Assembly: GCA_039545335.1 (NCBI GenBank)
Contig: BCIN01000002.1
Location: 3,068,678 to 3,130,088 of the forward strand
Length of the DNA stretch: 61,411 bases
Reading direction: 5' to 3'
Origin: Kondoa subrosea
Lineage: Eukaryota
The notes beneath the pieces were generated by a model. The model did no database searches. It was not told the origin of the DNA and was given only the letters and a program-made list of their open reading frames with translations. Below, one piece after another: positions 60,368-61,411 of this stretch; position 1 is the first letter of the stretch; every line of letters begins with the position of its first letter. The translations under genes and the position numbers were made by a program.

Positions 60368-60448
60368 TGACCAGAAAGAGGCTCGATCTCTTGACCTTTT
60401 GCGAACATCGTGTTAAGCAAACGTGATAACCAACTACACCATCCGGCC
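60368..60448 (-). tRNA. tRNA-Val(AAC) with only the 7-nt anticodon-loop intron, followed by a T11 Pol III terminator
   Basis: Full cloverleaf (74-nt mature sequence plus 7-nt intron). The T-run corresponds to A11 at 60355-60365 on the + strand. Confidence 0.93.
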
Positions 60449-60507
60449 GATGCACAGGCGATTTTGAGTGTGCAATGCATTGGATATACCATGTTGTTGT
60501 AGAGCGC

Positions 60508-61411
60508 TGTCCAGACCATCTCATAGATGAGCTGGAGCGGGCTGTAGTCAACATGATGTGGAAGAGAGGCAGACATGAGGTCTCATTGGACAGGCTTACC
60601 ACTCCAATGTCCTCAGGCGGTTTCGGCTTACTTCCCCTCAAGCGACAACTCTATGGCTCCAGAGGAGTGTGGATCTACTGGCTCTTATGCGATCCAGTGA
60701 TGTCTCAGGAACCGCATCTACTCACTATACGCAATCGATTGGTCAATGCAGTTGCAAAACAGCCAAGAACTTCTTCCGATGATCCTGGATACTTCTGGAA
60801 CTGGAGAGCTATCTTTTGCAACGCACCAGATGACAAGCGGGTCGCATGGGCAGTCGCAAGATCAAAGATGCGCAAACTCTTGTCGCCAATATGGCAAGAC
60901 TACCTAGAAGCCTGGGAGCTCGCAACATACCTCCCAAAAGACCTCAACTGGAGCGAAACCTTCTTATCCAAGCAAGTAGAAAGGAAGCAACACAACGCGT
61001 GGGGTTTTCTTACGATGGTGGACTCCAGCAATTTCCAACAAATAGGCGGAGATATCATTGCAGTAGCACAAGACGTAGTGAACCAGCGAAGGCAACATCA
61101 GCTCTTCAGGAAAACAATTCAACCGGAAGGCTGGAAGTCTCGTTTCCCAAATCTTATCCATGAACGATGGCAGAAAGCATGGACAACAACAGCTTTACTC
61201 GATCGAATTCTACCAGAAGAGGTCGACACAGCCCATCGCATATCTCTCGGCTCTCTACAACCACAATCCCGCAAGATTGAATGGAAGAATCATCGTCCAG
61301 TTGGCAATGATTCGCAGTGTTCTTTGTGCGGAGATATGGTCAGAGAAGATTTCGCTCACATCTTCTCGCATTGCACCACCTCAAAGGAAATATGGGCACT
61401 TGCTGGCCCAC
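60508..61411 (+). mobile_element. 5'-truncated non-LTR retrotransposon (L1/Tx1-like ORF2 C-terminal part); runs off the right edge of the window
   Basis: About 300 stop-free, intronless codons: CPDHLIDELERAVVNMMWKRGRHEVSLDRLTTPMSSGGFGLLPL (post-RT P...GG.GL motif) through to CSLCGDMVREDFAHIFSHCTTSKEIW (zf-RVT CCHC). Not in the ORF track because it has no stop inside the window. Confidence 0.9.

Noticed and set aside
60475..60507. In-frame ATG in the tRNA 5' flank that could start the LINE fragment
   Set aside because: It depends on the single SNP relative to the other tRNA flank, and the fragment lacks the RT core. Probably coincidental.

Overview
Compact, intron-rich fungal nuclear DNA (introns typically about 45-65 nt). 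It is most consistent with a basidiomycete yeast, probably Pucciniomycotina, inferred from a red-yeast-type PAL with ALLEHQLCG, DUF6534 genes and dense microexons. About 24 protein-coding genes can be assembled by splicing the ORF fragments: 2OG-Fe(II) oxygenase, a BIRC6/UBE2Z-like E2, RER1, TRAPPC11, AMACR-like CoA transferase, ATG16, an ACBD5/Atg37-like protein, PAL, URA7, a BVMO, an RNAi RdRP, a GDSL esterase, Vfa1-like, RPC1, two tandem DUF6534 genes, SFA1, RAT1, THG1, GRC3 and a few unknowns. The main discovery is a pair of tRNA-Val(AAC) genes with identical exons. The copy at 43702-43835 carries a 53-nt GT...branchpoint...AG insertion in its T-arm that looks like an ordinary spliceosomal intron of this genome, and removing it exactly gives the copy at 60368-60448. 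A 5'-truncated, stop-free L1-type non-LTR retrotransposon, absent from the ORF track, begins 59 bp upstream of the second copy, head-to-head with it. Other notable items: an H/ACA snoRNA in the long URA7 intron predicted to guide 18S pseudouridine ~106, a single in-frame TGA in the RdRP, a probable 3-nt exon in SFA1, tRNA 3'-exon relics, and a 2.4-kb tandem duplication with a probable gene-conversion tract. All gene models were spliced by eye and no database searches were run.
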